Of a stretch of DNA of 64,000 bases, positions 48,758-58,471 are shown in pieces. The DNA is from Chloroflexota bacterium (lineage in GTDB: Bacteria > Chloroflexota > UBA11872 > VXNJ01). Under the pieces are notes generated by a model that had not been told where the DNA came from, ran no database searches, and saw nothing but the letters and a program-made list of their open reading frames with translations. How positions within the stretch are numbered: the stretch's first letter is position 1; every line of letters begins with the position of its first letter. The DNA lies in NCBI GenBank assembly GCA_965261345.1, contig OZ253449.1, forward strand, positions 1,728,001 through 1,792,000, in the 5' to 3' direction. Position numbers and translations under genes: made by a program.

Positions 48758-50782
48758 CTAGCTGGGAGCCCCCAGTACCGCGCGCAGCCGTAGCGGATCC
48801 GTTTCCGGCTGCTGGCACACGAATTGGCGGCAGACGTAGGCGGCCGGTCGACCGTTGACCGGCCCACGATCGGCCAGAAGCGGGACCGGAGAGTCCGACC
48901 CGACTGCGATCACCCGGTCGGCGCGCCAGTTTTGGCGCACCGCCGCGATCAACGCCCGGGTCAAGCAGTCCCCGGGGTCTCCCGCGATTGCAACCTGCTG
49001 GGCCTGCGGTTCCAGCCAGAGCATCGCCTGCAGCCACTTGGAAAATGCGGTTCCATGGCGAATGAAGGTTTCGCCCAGGCCCGGTATCGAGGCCGCGGCG
49101 CGCTCGCGCCAGACCGACTCGCCGGTGAGCCCCCAGATGCGCAGCATCAGGCGTGCCGCCATGGCGGCTCCAGAGGGAGTGGCATTGTCCTCGCGCCGCC
49201 GGGGGCGGACCACCAGGTCTGCCTGATCGTGGGCGGTGTCGCAGAGCCCGCCATCGGGATCGCCGAAACGCTCGATCATGGTTTCCGCCAAGGCGACGGC
49301 CCGATCGAACCAGCGATGGTCGAAATCGCTTTCATACAGGGTCAGCAGGGCGTCGGCCAATCCGGCGTAATCCTCGAGAAATCCGACTCCACTGGCCTGC
49401 CCGTCGGCCCAGGAATGCGAAAGGCGGTCATCTTGCAGTACTTGTTCAAGCAGGAACCGGGCGGCGCGTTGGGCTGCACCCAAGTAGGCCGGATCTGCGA
49501 GCGCGGCGCCGGCCTCGGCGAAGCTGGCCAGCATCATGGCGTTCCAGGAAGTTACCGCCTTGCGATCGGTGGCTGGCGGAACTCGGCGGGAGCGCGCGTC
49601 CAGCAGCACCCGGCGCGAGCGGTCAAGGAGCTCGGCCAGCTCACTTTCATCGAGTTGGCCGCGGTGAGTCCGAACCCCGCCTTCGGGCGGTTCGTGGAGG
49701 ATGTTGCGACCTTCAAAATTTCCGCCCAGGGTCACGTCGTAATAGCGGCAGAAATCCCCGGCATCTTCGCCCAGCAGCGACTCGACCTCGTCGAGATCCC
49801 ATACGTAGTACTTCCCTTCAACTCCCTCTGAATCGGCATCCTGGGCCGCGTAAAACCAGCCGTCGGACCCGGTCATTTCGGCCAGGATGTAGTCAAGGGT
49901 CTGCCGGGTAACTGACAGGTAGCGTGAATTCCCGGTCAGCTGCCAGGCGTGCAGGTAGCAACCGGCCAGCTGGGCGTTGTCGTAGAGCATTTTTTCAAAA
50001 TGCGGCACCAGCCAAACGGCGTCAACCGAGTAGCGGTGGAATCCACCGCGCAGTTGATCGAATATCCCGCCCCGAGCCATCTGGTCCAGCGAGCGCAGTG
50101 CGGTCGAACGCGCATCCTGGTCACCGCTCTGGGCCGAATAGCCAAGCAGGAAATCGATCGTCATCGCCATCGGGAATTTGGGATCGTCGCCCCAGCCGCC
50201 GTTTTCTAAATCGAAGCTGTTGCAGGCCGCCGCGGCGGCCTGGGCCAGCAGGTCGTTGGGCAAATCGGCCCCGCCCAGCTGCTCAAACTCACCCAGGCGA
50301 TCGAGCAGGCGGGCGGCTACGTCGTTTACCTCGCCGCGCCGTTCACGCCAGGAGGCGGCGATCTGTTCGAGCACCATCGCAAAGGAGGGCATCCCGTAGC
50401 GTGGCTGCGGGGGAAAGTAGGTCCCGCCAAAAAACGGCTCGCCGCTGGGTTTTAGAAATACACTCATCGGCCAACCGCCCTGCCCGGCGATGGCCATAAC
50501 CGCGTTCATGTAGATGGAGTCGACATCCGGGCGTTCTTCGCGATCGACCTTGATCGCGATGAAATCGGCGCCCAGCGCCGCCGCGATCGCCGGGTCCTCA
50601 AACGATTCGTGGGCCATAACGTGGCACCAGTGGCAGGCCGAATAACCAACGCTTAGAAAAATCGGCTTGTCCTGCGAAAGGGCGGCCGCGAATGCTTCCG
50701 GTCCCCATTCATACCAGGCGACCGGATTGTCGGCGTGCTGACGCAGATAGAGGCTTTTGGCGCGGGCGAGACGATTGGGCAC
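48758..50782 (-). CDS. Thioredoxin-domain protein YyaL/SSP411 family
   Basis: NRL...SLYL.QHADNPV.W, CHWCHVM, KVDREERPD, VPHFEKMLYDNA. Confidence 0.93.
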   Translation of the reverse strand: MPNRLARAKSLYLRQHADNPVAWYEWGPEAFAAALSQDKPIFLSVGYSACHWCHVMAHESFEDPAIAAALGADFIAIKVDREERPDVDSIYMNAVMAIAGQGGWPMSVFLKPSGEPFFGGTYFPPQPRYGMPSFAMVLEQIAASWRERRGEVNDVAARLLDRLGEFEQLGGADLPNDLLAQAAAAACNSFDLENGGWGDDPKFPMAMTIDFLLGYSAQSGDQDARSTALRSLDQMARGGIFDQLRGGFHRYSVDAVWLVPHFEKMLYDNAQLAGCYLHAWQLTGNSRYLSVTRQTLDYILAEMTGSDGWFYAAQDADSEGVEGKYYVWDLDEVESLLGEDAGDFCRYYDVTLGGNFEGRNILHEPPEGGVRTHRGQLDESELAELLDRSRRVLLDARSRRVPPATDRKAVTSWNAMMLASFAEAGAALADPAYLGAAQRAARFLLEQVLQDDRLSHSWADGQASGVGFLEDYAGLADALLTLYESDFDHRWFDRAVALAETMIERFGDPDGGLCDTAHDQADLVVRPRRREDNATPSGAAMAARLMLRIWGLTGESVWRERAAASIPGLGETFIRHGTAFSKWLQAMLWLEPQAQQVAIAGDPGDCLTRALIAAVRQNWRADRVIAVGSDSPVPLLADRGPVNGRPAAYVCRQFVCQQPETDPLRLRAVLGAPS

Positions 50783-50855
50783 TATTGGGTTTGGCCATTA
50801 ATTTGCATGATGGAAGAATTTACCGGGCCATGTACCAGACCCAGGGTGATCGGTT

Positions 50856-51593
50856 ATCTCATACTTTGACCCGCCCGGCGTTTACGACCAGGCGGTCTTT
50901 CCCGCCGCCGGCCCCCAGCGACCATTCGTGGCCGCCAATTTTGTGATTTCCGCCGACGGATCTGCGCGCAAGCCGGGACCGGCCTATCGGCATTTCTCAG
51001 GCCCCGTCGACCGCCGTTCTTTCCGCCGCCTGCGAATCCACTTTGATGCCATCCTGCGGGGGGCCCGGACGCTGGAGATCAACCCGATTCGGGATCTTGC
51101 CAATCCGGCGATTCGTCGGGCGCTGGACGAACGCGGCCGGCGGATGCCGGTGGTCGTAGCGGTTAGCAATTCCGGCCAGATTCCAGATGAGGCCGGGCTG
51201 ATCCGCGGCGCCGACCCGCAGTTGCCGCCAATCTTGTGCGTACCCGAGAATGCCAAGGTTTCAGCAACGGTTGCCCGGGCCTGCCGGGTATGGCGCTTTT
51301 CCGGGCCCCGCCTGGACCTTGCCCGGGTGCTTGAACGCCTCGGACGCCAATGCGGAGTGCAACGAGTTCTCTGCGAGGGTGGACCGACGCTCCTGCGTGG
51401 GCTGCTCGATCAGGGCCTGCTCGACGAATTGCTGCTCACGATTGCGCCCTGCCTGCTGGGCGACCCGGACAAACTGACGCTGTTGGGTGGGCAGCTCCCG
51501 TTCACACCGACGACGGTGCCCGACCTGGAGCTGATCGCAGTGCGGTCCGAGGCCGACGAAGTCTTTTTGCGTTACCGGGTCCGCGCCGGTTGA
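50856..51593 (+). CDS. RibD C-terminal / DHFR-like reductase; start uncertain (ATC 50856 or GTG 50928)
   Basis: RPFVAANFVISADG, DAILRGARTL, LCEGGPTL, LDELLLTIAP. Confidence 0.8.
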   Translation: MSYFDPPGVYDQAVFPAAGPQRPFVAANFVISADGSARKPGPAYRHFSGPVDRRSFRRLRIHFDAILRGARTLEINPIRDLANPAIRRALDERGRRMPVVVAVSNSGQIPDEAGLIRGADPQLPPILCVPENAKVSATVARACRVWRFSGPRLDLARVLERLGRQCGVQRVLCEGGPTLLRGLLDQGLLDELLLTIAPCLLGDPDKLTLLGGQLPFTPTTVPDLELIAVRSEADEVFLRYRVRAG

Positions 51594-51597
51594 CCGG

Positions 51598-52410
51598 TTA
51601 CGGGTCGGTTGACCCGAATCGCTCAAGCGCGTTGTCGTATATCACGCACCGCAGCACTGCCAGGTAAGTTAGCACCAGCACCGAAGCCAAGCTGGCCACA
51701 ACCTGGGCCAACACCCCGAGCACGCCTCCATCGGACGAGATAAGGGAGGTAAAGATCGTCGCGGCGATGCTTGCCATCCAGTACATGAAGATTTCAGCGC
51801 CGGTGGCGCGGGCCAGGCGGAGCGACTCGCGCAGCAGATCGCGCAGGTCGAATCCGGTATCAACCAGCAGCGGGACGAAGTAGAAGCTGACGAAAACGAA
51901 TGCGATAAAAACGCCAAGGCCAAGCATCGCGGCCAGGATTCCCAGGGTCGGCGTGATCTGTCCGGCCGCCCACGCCACTGCGGCGGCAAGGCCCAGCAAC
52001 GCCAGCCAGAGAAGCACGAAGAGCGCGATTTGCAGCGATCGCCGTTCGATCGCCGCCAACCCCGCGCGCAGGTCGACCCGGTCGCCGCGATAGGACGCCA
52101 AGGCGTTGTACGTTATTCCAACCTCCAGGACCAGTCCGATTACGAAAAGGGCAATCAGGATCAGCGCCATGGATTTGGCGTAATCACCCAGTTCGTCGAG
52201 CAGCAGTCCGCCCGCGCCTTGGTCGCCGCCGGCAATGGCCGGTACCGCGGGGGCGAGCACCTCAGAGAGTGCGAAGCTGATTACGGTGCCTACCAGCATC
52301 CAAACCACCAGGAATGGGTTGTCGGAAAAAATCCCGTAGGCGACCCGGGCAAACGACCAGAAGCTCCAGGGTATGTCCCCAGGGCGCCTAGACTCTAATT
52401 CGTCGTTCAA
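51598..52410 (-). CDS. Multi-TM hypothetical membrane protein
   Basis: 270 aa with about six hydrophobic segments. Confidence 0.65.
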   Translation of the reverse strand: MNDELESRRPGDIPWSFWSFARVAYGIFSDNPFLVVWMLVGTVISFALSEVLAPAVPAIAGGDQGAGGLLLDELGDYAKSMALILIALFVIGLVLEVGITYNALASYRGDRVDLRAGLAAIERRSLQIALFVLLWLALLGLAAAVAWAAGQITPTLGILAAMLGLGVFIAFVFVSFYFVPLLVDTGFDLRDLLRESLRLARATGAEIFMYWMASIAATIFTSLISSDGGVLGVLAQVVASLASVLVLTYLAVLRCVIYDNALERFGSTDP

Positions 52411-52456
52411 ATGTGGGTATGCTTCCGGCGGGCAGGTTGACGAAAAATTCTAGGTT

Positions 52457-52780
52457 TTGACAGAACTTTCGACAGTGCCGGATCATAACCCGTCAGCCGT
52501 TCGACTGGCTGCAAGCGACAACGTCGCCACCCTGGTGAGGCCGGCCAAAGCCGGCGAAACGGTGGCGGTGATCGATGCGCGCGCGCACCGCGTCGTGGCC
52601 CGCGAGGACATTCCGTTCGGTTTCAAGATCGCAATTTCACCGATCGGGACCGGCGAAATGGTGGTCAAGTACGGGTCTCCAATCGGGCAGGCCACCCGAC
52701 CGATCGATGCCGGCCAGCTGGTGCATGTCCACAATCTGGCCGGCCTCCGGGCCGGCGGCGACCATCGGCGGCCGGCCTGA
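52457..52780 (+). CDS. SAF-domain small subunit of a UxaA/SuyA-type lyase
   Basis: DNVAT, IPFGFKIA, VKYG.PIG, G..VHVHN. Confidence 0.88.
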   Translation: MTELSTVPDHNPSAVRLAASDNVATLVRPAKAGETVAVIDARAHRVVAREDIPFGFKIAISPIGTGEMVVKYGSPIGQATRPIDAGQLVHVHNLAGLRAGGDHRRPA

Positions 52781-53958
52781 GCGCCGAGTTTGCCGGGTTC
52801 GCCCGCCCCGATGGATCAGTGGGAACCCGCAATCACGTGCTGATCCTGCCCGGTGGTTGGGAGTGCCAGCAGATCGTGAACATGGTTGAGGGCACGGTAA
52901 CTCCCAACTCGCCCGATCTTGGCATCGGCCGGATCCGACCTGACCGCGAGACCATTACTCGGATGCAGACCGGTCTGGCGCTCAACCCCAACGTCTACGG
53001 GGTGATCGTGGTGGCTGGCCTGGGTGGCATAAATGATGAACTTCTAAACGGCCAACTGGCCGCTGACGTCTGCCGCGAGGCCGGAAAACCGTTTGAGATC
53101 GTAGAACACGACGGGTGGCAGGCAATTGCCCACGGCGGCCAGTTGGCCGCCCGAATGGTCCATGCCGCATCTGCCCTGCAGCGGATCACGGTTCCGGCCA
53201 GCGCTCTCACCGTGGGGGTCAAGTGCGGCGGCTCGGACCCGACCTCGGGCCTCGCCGGAAATCCCGCCGTGGGTCGGATGTTCGACCGCGTGGTGGAGGC
53301 GGGTGGCACCGCCTTGTTCTCCGAAACGACCGAGCTGATCGGCGCCGAGCACGAACTGGCCAAGCGCTGCGTTTCCGAGGCCGTGCGGACCGAGTTGCTT
53401 GACCTGATCTCCGCCCACGAACAAATGGGGCGCTCGGTCGGGCAGGACATCCGCTCCATTAATCCGGGGCCGGCCAACATCGAGGCGGGGATAAGCACGC
53501 TTGAAGAGAAAAGCTTGGGGGCGATTCACAAGGCTGGCAGCGCTCCCCTACAGGGTGTCCTTGACTGGGCTCAACGCCCCGCCGGGAAGGGCCTGTACTT
53601 CATGCACAGCTCAGCCAGCAGTTACAAAGTCGTCCTTCCCGGCATGGCCGGGGCCGGCTGCAACTTGGTCTTTTTCCAGTTTGGCGGCGGCGGATCGCGG
53701 CGGCGGACCCTTACCGGCGGTGAGGGCATTGTGGCGCCGCAGGTCTGGGTGACCGGCAACCCGCGCACCGCTCAAAATATTCCCGATGGAATTGACTTTT
53801 CGGCCGGCGGGGCGATCATCGCCGGCCGAAAAGTCGCTGAGCTGGGCGATGAATTGTTCGAGCTGGTGCTCTCAATCGCCTCCGGGCAGCTGGCGCGGAC
53901 TGAAATGCTCCGCTTTTTCGATCCGGTGCAATATCACCTCCCCGGCCCCAACTTTTAA
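52777..53958 (+). CDS. UxaA/GarD/SuyB-type dehydratase or lyase large subunit; CTG start overlapping the upstream TGA
   Basis: FAGFARPDGSVGTRN, NPNV, KCGGSD..SG..GNP..G, SETTE, STLEEKSLG. Confidence 0.85.
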   Translation: MSAEFAGFARPDGSVGTRNHVLILPGGWECQQIVNMVEGTVTPNSPDLGIGRIRPDRETITRMQTGLALNPNVYGVIVVAGLGGINDELLNGQLAADVCREAGKPFEIVEHDGWQAIAHGGQLAARMVHAASALQRITVPASALTVGVKCGGSDPTSGLAGNPAVGRMFDRVVEAGGTALFSETTELIGAEHELAKRCVSEAVRTELLDLISAHEQMGRSVGQDIRSINPGPANIEAGISTLEEKSLGAIHKAGSAPLQGVLDWAQRPAGKGLYFMHSSASSYKVVLPGMAGAGCNLVFFQFGGGGSRRRTLTGGEGIVAPQVWVTGNPRTAQNIPDGIDFSAGGAIIAGRKVAELGDELFELVLSIASGQLARTEMLRFFDPVQYHLPGPNF

Positions 53959-55508
53959 GGGCCGGCGCAGCAATATTCCAATTGGCCGAGCGCGCCATCG
54001 CCGGCCCGGAGGCTCGCTGCCGCGTGGGGAACCAGGTCGGGTAGGTCGGCCGCGATAACTCCAAGCGGACCGATCCGGGCCAGGGCCAGCTGCCCGCTGC
54101 GGGCATGCAGGTAGGAGCCGAGCCGAGCCGCATCCCAGGTTGAACGGCCCTGGGCCAGCAGGCCGGCGATGATTCCGGTCAGCACGTCACCGGATCCGGC
54201 GGTGGCCAGCGCCGGGCAGATCAGTGGGATGATGCAGTAATGCCCATCCGGCCGGGCAATGATCGTGCCGGCGCCCTTGAGCACAACCACCGCACCCGAC
54301 CGGGCGGCGGCGGTGCGGGCGGATCCCAGTCGGTCGGCATTGACCCGATCAACTGCGATCGCTAGCAACCGGGCCATCTCGCCGGGGTGTGGGGTCAGTA
54401 CCATCGGGCAATCCGGGCTGGCGATCGGCGCCGCACCCGTCAGCGGGGCGACGAGGGTCAGCCCGTCGGCATCGAGCACCAGCGGCTGGCGGCGAACTCG
54501 GTTGCCCAGCAGCCCGGTTAGGAATCGGCGGGGGCCGCTTCCCAGCGACAGCCCAGGACCGACCGCCAGGGCACTGGCGCGCGCGAGCAAGCCGCCAATT
54601 TCAATGACGGCCTGCTCGCTGATGGAGCCGTCGGACCCGGGCAGCAGTGTGTAGGTGGGCCCGGCCATCCGGGCCGCGGTGGCGGCCACGACCGGCTCGA
54701 TCGCGGCCAGTTCGACGTACCCGGCGCCCGCCCGCTGCGCCCCGGCGCAGACCAGGCCGGCTGCTCCACGATATTGCCGCGATCCCGATATTGCCACCAC
54801 CCGGCCGAAGGTCCCCTTATGACCGTCCGGCGGCCGTGCCGGCAAAAGCGCCAGGGCGTCCGCGTCGGTCAACGCCATGCCCTCGCCGACCGATCCGAGG
54901 CCGATGTCGGTGTCAACTATTCGACCGGCGTTGGGGCGGGCCGGAAATTGAAGGACTCCCAGTTTGCACGGTCCGGCGGCAATTGTCAGATCGGCGGTGA
55001 AGGCCTCTGGGTCACTCTCGCCGGTCTGGGCGCAGACTCCCGACGGCTGGTCGATGGCGATGCGATAGGCGGTTGAACCGGCGACCGCGGCTAGGATTTT
55101 TTGCACCGGCCCGCGCAGCGGCGGGGCCGACCCGATCCCCAGCAGGCCGTCCAATATGAAGTCGCAACCGACGGCCAGGTCGCCGGCCCGAGCGGCATCT
55201 TCAGCGTAGGTAGCGCCCGGGATTTCGCCGGCCAACCGGATCGCCTGCGGGTTGGGGCGCGAACAGAGCAGGTCCACCCGACAGCCGCGCGCGGCCAGCC
55301 GGCGCGCCACAATCAGGCCGTCACCGCCGTTGGATCCCGGACCGATCAGGCAAAGGACGCGCCGCCCGGGCAGGTCCGGCCGATTCCGCATGATGGCGCC
55401 AAAGATTGCCGCACCGGCCCGCTCCATCAGCGCCGTCGCGGTCGTTCCGGTGGCCAGCGCCGACCCTTCAGCGGTGCGCATCTCGGCCACCGTGCAGACC
55501 GCGGTCAC
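53955..55508 (-). CDS. nnr: Bifunctional NAD(P)HX epimerase/dehydratase
   Basis: LMERAG, GSNGGDG, D.PSG, HKGTFG, LDADGL, LTPHPGEM, LATAGSGDVL. Confidence 0.93.
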   Translation of the reverse strand: MTAVCTVAEMRTAEGSALATGTTATALMERAGAAIFGAIMRNRPDLPGRRVLCLIGPGSNGGDGLIVARRLAARGCRVDLLCSRPNPQAIRLAGEIPGATYAEDAARAGDLAVGCDFILDGLLGIGSAPPLRGPVQKILAAVAGSTAYRIAIDQPSGVCAQTGESDPEAFTADLTIAAGPCKLGVLQFPARPNAGRIVDTDIGLGSVGEGMALTDADALALLPARPPDGHKGTFGRVVAISGSRQYRGAAGLVCAGAQRAGAGYVELAAIEPVVAATAARMAGPTYTLLPGSDGSISEQAVIEIGGLLARASALAVGPGLSLGSGPRRFLTGLLGNRVRRQPLVLDADGLTLVAPLTGAAPIASPDCPMVLTPHPGEMARLLAIAVDRVNADRLGSARTAAARSGAVVVLKGAGTIIARPDGHYCIIPLICPALATAGSGDVLTGIIAGLLAQGRSTWDAARLGSYLHARSGQLALARIGPLGVIAADLPDLVPHAAASLRAGDGALGQLEYCCAGP

Positions 55509-55891
55509 GGGCCGACCCCGGAGGTGATGCCCACCACTTGGGCGATTGCCAACTTGTCGGTGTGGGTCATGCTGACCTCGAGGACCGTAATTCCGAGCAC
55601 CTGGGCCCGCCGCTTGGCCGCGCCGTGCAGACGCACCAAGGGTTTGCCGCGATCGTCGCTGTATATTTCCATTTCCGGGAAATAGATTCCTCTTAGGCCT
55701 GTGCCGAGGGCCTTGGAGATCGCCTCCTTGGCGGCGAATCGGGCGGCCAGTTCGGGAACCCGGCCACGACAGTATTCGACTTCGGCAACGGTAAAGATCT
55801 TGCGCAGGAAGCGCCCCTGATGCCGTTCCAACAGTGCTCCGACGCGCTTGATTTCCACTGCATCAATCCCGGCCACCAAACTCAACGTCAC
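55505..55891 (-). CDS. acpS: Holo-[acyl-carrier-protein] synthase
   Basis: GIDAVEI.R, ARFAAKEA..KALGTG, GKP, SMTH. Confidence 0.94.
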   Translation of the reverse strand: MTLSLVAGIDAVEIKRVGALLERHQGRFLRKIFTVAEVEYCRGRVPELAARFAAKEAISKALGTGLRGIYFPEMEIYSDDRGKPLVRLHGAAKRRAQVLGITVLEVSMTHTDKLAIAQVVGITSGVGP

Positions 55892-56161
55892 CTAGGCGAC
55901 GATCGCAAAGCCTGAGTATTCGCGTGGGTGCAGGTCGACCGAGCCAACCTGCGCGACCAGGGCCAGGGTCGGGCCCTGCCGGGCCCGACGTTCGAGCCGG
56001 TCAAGGTCGCAATCGCGCCCACAGGCCGTGATTTCGACCGTCCCGTCGGGCAGGTTCCGTACGAATCCGCTCAGCCCCAGGGCGCGTGCACGAGTCTGGA
56101 TAAACTGGCGATAACCGACCTGTTGGACCCGCCCCGAAACTACGAATTTTCGAGTTGTCAA
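55892..56161 (-). CDS. acyP: Acylphosphatase
   Basis: SGRVQQVGYR, GFVRNLPDGTVE, GP..A.V; TTG 56161. Confidence 0.88.
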   Translation of the reverse strand: MTTRKFVVSGRVQQVGYRQFIQTRARALGLSGFVRNLPDGTVEITACGRDCDLDRLERRARQGPTLALVAQVGSVDLHPREYSGFAIVA

Positions 56162-56171
56162 TGGTATCGAG

Positions 56172-57230
56172 CTATTCGCCCAGGCCCAGGGGCAACTGGC
56201 CCGATTCATTTCGCCGGCGGATGTTTGACGGTTCGATTCCCATGTGTTCGAACGCCCGCCGGGTGGCCATCCGACCGCGCGGAGTGCGGGCCAGGTATCC
56301 GATCTGCAACAGGTAGGGTTCGTGGTAATCCTCGATCGTGGCGGTGTCCTCTGATAGCGACGCCGCAATCGTGCCGACCCCGACCGGCCCGCCGTCATAT
56401 TTGCCGATGATGGTGGAAAGTATCCGGCGGTCCATCTCGTCTAGTCCCTGATGATCGATATCGAGCATGGCCAGGGCCTGGTCGGTCAGATCGGCGGTTA
56501 TCTTTCCGTCGCCAACTACCTGGCAATAGTCGCGGACCCGCCGAAGCAAGCGATTGCAGACTCGCGCGGTGCCCCGCGACCGGGTGGCGATCATTCCGGC
56601 CGCCGCCGAATCGATGGACACTCTGAGCAGGCGGGCCGAGCGGACTATGATCGATTCGCATTCGGCTGCAGAGTAATAGTCGAGTCGATAGGTCTCGCCG
56701 AAGCGGTCGCGCAAGGGCGCTGACAGCAGCCCCATACGGGTCGTCGCGCCGACCAGGGTGAACGGTTCGATCGCAATCCGATAGGTGCGCTGGGCGGCGC
56801 CCGATCCTCGGCCAGTCACTAGATCCAACTGGCCGTCCTCCATCGCCGGATAGAGGATTTCCTCCACCATCTTGGACAGGCGGTGGATCTCGTCAATGAA
56901 CAGGATGTCGCCGGTCCGCAGGCTGTTTAGCAGCGCCGCCAGGTCGCCGGGGCGTCCCAGAGCGGGGCCCGAGCTGACACGAATATTGGACTCGGTCTGG
57001 GTTGCGATGATGTAGGCCAGTGACGTTTTACCCAGCCCCGGTGGCCCCGCTAGGAGCACGTGGTCGGTGGTATCGCCGCGGCTGCGCGCGGCCCCTATGA
57101 GGATTTTTAGGCGCGTTTTGACCCGCGCCTGGCCGATGAATTCGTCGTCGTCTAGCGAACGCGGTCGCAGCGCCTGTTCGAACTGCTTGTCCGGGGCGTC
57201 CTGCTCGGGCGCAACTACCGAATCGGGCAT
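56172..57230 (-). CDS. ruvB: Holliday junction branch migration helicase RuvB
   Basis: LRP, GPPGLGKT, LFIDEIHR, LYPAMED, GATTR, RTPRGR. Confidence 0.97.
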   Translation of the reverse strand: MPDSVVAPEQDAPDKQFEQALRPRSLDDDEFIGQARVKTRLKILIGAARSRGDTTDHVLLAGPPGLGKTSLAYIIATQTESNIRVSSGPALGRPGDLAALLNSLRTGDILFIDEIHRLSKMVEEILYPAMEDGQLDLVTGRGSGAAQRTYRIAIEPFTLVGATTRMGLLSAPLRDRFGETYRLDYYSAAECESIIVRSARLLRVSIDSAAAGMIATRSRGTARVCNRLLRRVRDYCQVVGDGKITADLTDQALAMLDIDHQGLDEMDRRILSTIIGKYDGGPVGVGTIAASLSEDTATIEDYHEPYLLQIGYLARTPRGRMATRRAFEHMGIEPSNIRRRNESGQLPLGLGE

Positions 57231-57385
57231 GCCCCATCGATTGCAGCTAGCAGGCTAGATCCCCTTCATCGAACGCCGTCGCGATTCGCGGGCCTTTATC
57301 GACTTGCCCGGCATCAGCCGGTTGCGTCCCCTGGCCAATATCAATGCTATTTCAACCTAGGACGCCAACCAAGCGGTCGCCCAGG

Positions 57386-57976
57386 CTAGATTAGCGCCGC
57401 CAATGCGGCCCGTATTTGGTCCTCCACGCTCATCTCGGGCTCGACCCCGCGGGCGAGCGCGTCGGCGGCCGCGGCGCGCGAATATCCGAGACTTTCCAGC
57501 GCCGCCAGCGCCTCGTGCGAATCTGAATCCGGCACTCCGGCCGGCCGGATTCCGCCGAATTCGACCTCCGACAGCTTGCCCTTGAGGTCGACGACGATTC
57601 GCGAAGCGGCCCGCGCCCCAACTCCCGAGACCGTGCGCAAGGTCTTCTCGTCCTCGTTGTTTACGGCGGCCGCGATGCGCTGCGGCGAGAGCTCGGAAAT
57701 TATCCGCTGGCCCAACCGGGGCCCCACCCGGGGAACGGTCAGGAGGAACTCAAACACCTTGAGCTCGCCAACGTCGGCGAACCCGAAGAGCTCGGGGCCC
57801 GAACCGCCCATGATGAGATGGGTGGGGAATTCGAGTTCGTGCTTGGGTTCGGCTCTTTCCAGCAGGCGGCGGCTGGCGGCAATCCTCAGGGTGATTCCCA
57901 GACCTTTAACCGCCACCTCCAGAAATGAGTTCTCGGAGTCGCGGGAGAAGACCGTGCCTTGTACCCGGCGGATCAT
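57386..57976 (-). CDS. ruvA: Holliday junction branch migration protein RuvA
   Basis: LFGF, HhH motifs VPRVGPR and VSGVGAR, ALAALESLGY. Confidence 0.92.
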   Translation of the reverse strand: MIRRVQGTVFSRDSENSFLEVAVKGLGITLRIAASRRLLERAEPKHELEFPTHLIMGGSGPELFGFADVGELKVFEFLLTVPRVGPRLGQRIISELSPQRIAAAVNNEDEKTLRTVSGVGARAASRIVVDLKGKLSEVEFGGIRPAGVPDSDSHEALAALESLGYSRAAAADALARGVEPEMSVEDQIRAALAALI

Positions 57977-58470
57977 CCGACGCGGCGGCTCAGTCCGCGT
58001 TCGATGTCGCGGTTGTGGATGTGACAGATTGCCGCCGCCACCGCGTCGGCGGCGTGACTTGGTTCGATCAGGTACTCAACCCGCAGGATCGCCTTTAGCA
58101 GTTGTTGGACATCGGACTTGGAGGCGTTGCCGGACCCTGTCACCGCCGATTTGATTTCGGCCGGCGAGTACTCGGCCACCCGAAGCCCATGTTTCTTGGC
58201 GGCCAGAATAACCACCCCGCAGGCACAAAAGGTTGCCGACGCAGTTGTTACATTGCGGGCAAATGTCTGTCGTTCAAGCGCCAGGTCGGTTACCAGGTTG
58301 GCCCCCAGCAGCTCGTTTATGGCGGCGTCGATGGCCTCCAGGCGCGACCCCAGGTCGGCGCCGCGTGGCGGGCGCACCGCCCCGGCGGAAACGAGCCGCG
58401 GCTGACTGTCGCCACTGACCAAACCCCAGCCAAGATTGGCGGTTCCCGGGTCGATACCTAGCGTGAGCAT
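57973..58470 (-). CDS. ruvC: Crossover junction endodeoxyribonuclease RuvC
   Basis: LGIDPG, ALE, EYSP.EIK.AVTG.GNA.K, HAADA; ATG 58470. Confidence 0.94.
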   Translation of the reverse strand: MLTLGIDPGTANLGWGLVSGDSQPRLVSAGAVRPPRGADLGSRLEAIDAAINELLGANLVTDLALERQTFARNVTTASATFCACGVVILAAKKHGLRVAEYSPAEIKSAVTGSGNASKSDVQQLLKAILRVEYLIEPSHAADAVAAAICHIHNRDIERGLSRRVG

Positions 58471-58471
58471 C

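Noticed and set aside
57231-57385. LexA box or small gene between ruvA and ruvB
   Set aside because: No GAAC-N4-GTTC match seen and no credible ORF.
58030-58065. RuvC with His in place of a catalytic Asp (SHAAD)
   Set aside because: His at this position occurs in active RuvC enzymes, and the other acidic residues are present.
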